A DNA stretch of 64,000 bases from Octopus sinensis. Taxonomy: Eukaryota. The stretch spans positions 99,733-163,732 of the forward strand of contig NW_021832273.1 of the NCBI RefSeq assembly GCF_006345805.1. The letters are read 5' to 3'. The notes under the pieces were generated by a model. That model did no database searches. It was not told where the DNA came from and worked only from the letters and a program-made list of their open reading frames with translations. Positions within the stretch are counted from its first letter, which is position 1, and each line of letters begins with the position of its first letter. Shown one piece after another: positions 63,112 to 64,000 of this stretch. The translations under genes were made by a program, and so were the position numbers.

Positions 63112-63469
63112 ATGGCACCTAAAGTTAGCACAAAGGGACAAAAAAGAGCTCCTATAAAAAGCAAAAATGTTTCTGTTGCTACAAGAAAAAGAAAAGGAAA
63201 ACTTTTTCATATATCTTATGAAAATTTTAAAGACAGTACATAATCAACTTGGGATGTCAAAGAAGGCTATGATGGCTATGGACAGTTTCACATTTGATGT
63301 TTATGACAAAATAAAAACCGAGGCATCAAATCTAGTCTATCAGAATTCGAAGGTACCATTACCTCACGTGAAATACAGACTGCAGTTCGTCTGATTCTTC
63401 CCGGTGAATGGCAAACATGCTATTACAGAGGGTGCAAAGGCAGTTACTAAGTACACGAATACAAAATAA
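63112..63469 (+). CDS. H2B: Histone H2B copy with apparent indels
   Basis: Collinear with 44404-44770. Confidence 0.72.
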
Positions 63470-63981
63470 CACTTTAAAAATAATTGTTTTATTTATTTGT
63501 TCTTTAAATAACTATTTCAACAATCCAAATGCAACTAGTAATTGTCCTTTGGCATTCGAGATCTCCGCAGCCTTTGTCCCGCAAACATCCAAGTTCTTAA
63601 AACACGTCTGCCTCCTTATCGCTCGGAGAAACATGGATGCAAGCGAATCTTCTTGGCTAAGACAGAGGATCTCTGGTACAATCATGCGCGGCAACCCGCA
63701 AGCTATTCTTTTGACCGGGATCTGATCGTTCTCTGTTTTTTCTTTATTAGTTCACTAGTAATTTAGTCTGTAATCTCGAAAAATTCATAAATTTAAGCAA
63801 TAGTTACAATATTTGATGGTGCTGATAAAATATTATTTTAAAAATATTTTTTTTTATTTTTAAAATGATGAGCAAAAAATTTTCGGAATGATACTTTTTT
63901 TCGAAAAAATTCGGAATAATGTTTTTAACTATATAAAACAAAATACTAGCCTGAAACTGTCCTGTCTGAAATAAAAAAAAT

Positions 63982-64000
63982 ATGGCTAGAACTAAACAAA
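63982..64000 (+). CDS. H3: Start of another H3 (truncated by the window edge)
   Basis: ATGGCTAGAACTAAACAAA after an uninterrupted H3 promoter. Confidence 0.8.

Larger units (their letters stand above)
52942..64000 (+). repeat. ~5.4-5.6-kb tandem unit H3 tail::A-H2B-CRE relic-H3 promoter
   Basis: H3 ATGs at 52942, 58558 and 63982. Confidence 0.85.

Noticed and set aside
182-63766. Many antisense or alternate-frame ORFs in the ORF track (e.g. 16992-17609, 35050-35676, 40992-41804)
   Set aside because: Shadows of GC-rich retroelement coding sequence with no independent motifs
53000-64000. Numerous frameshifts in A and H2B as biological inactivation or programmed frameshifting
   Set aside because: Mostly 1-nt homopolymer changes that differ between copies; cannot be separated from sequencing error

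Overview
AT-rich eukaryotic (metazoan-like) DNA containing a histone gene cluster (H2A, H4, H3, H2B) heavily invaded by non-LTR retrotransposons. Left part (1-16 kb): TE debris, an intron-containing hAT transposon, a CRE-type RLE retrotransposon, and two host genes, an MBD2/3 homolog apparently lacking its MBD domain and a collapsed lamin-like sequence. Introns are only 23-28 nt, which suggests a reduced parasite such as a myxozoan or dicyemid (inference). From 16 kb on, at least five APE-RT LINE families with CCHC gag-like ORF1 (my labels A-E) have their 3' junctions 21-25 nt downstream of the TATA boxes of H2A, H2B and H3, in the histone sense orientation. Six inserts are stacked at one H2B site, separated by six copies of GAACTTGCAAA. 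Family A ORF1 is fused in frame to the N-termini of H4, H2B and H3. Families A and C carry an H4-derived 5' leader, and an ORF1-only non-autonomous family is present. A putative rhabdovirus nucleoprotein fragment sits at the same H2B target site. The right half is a ~13.1-kb duplication plus a ~5.4-kb H3::A-H2B repeat. Indel noise rises after ~53 kb, so many frameshifts there may be sequencing errors. All protein comparisons are by eye against recalled sequences; no searches were run.
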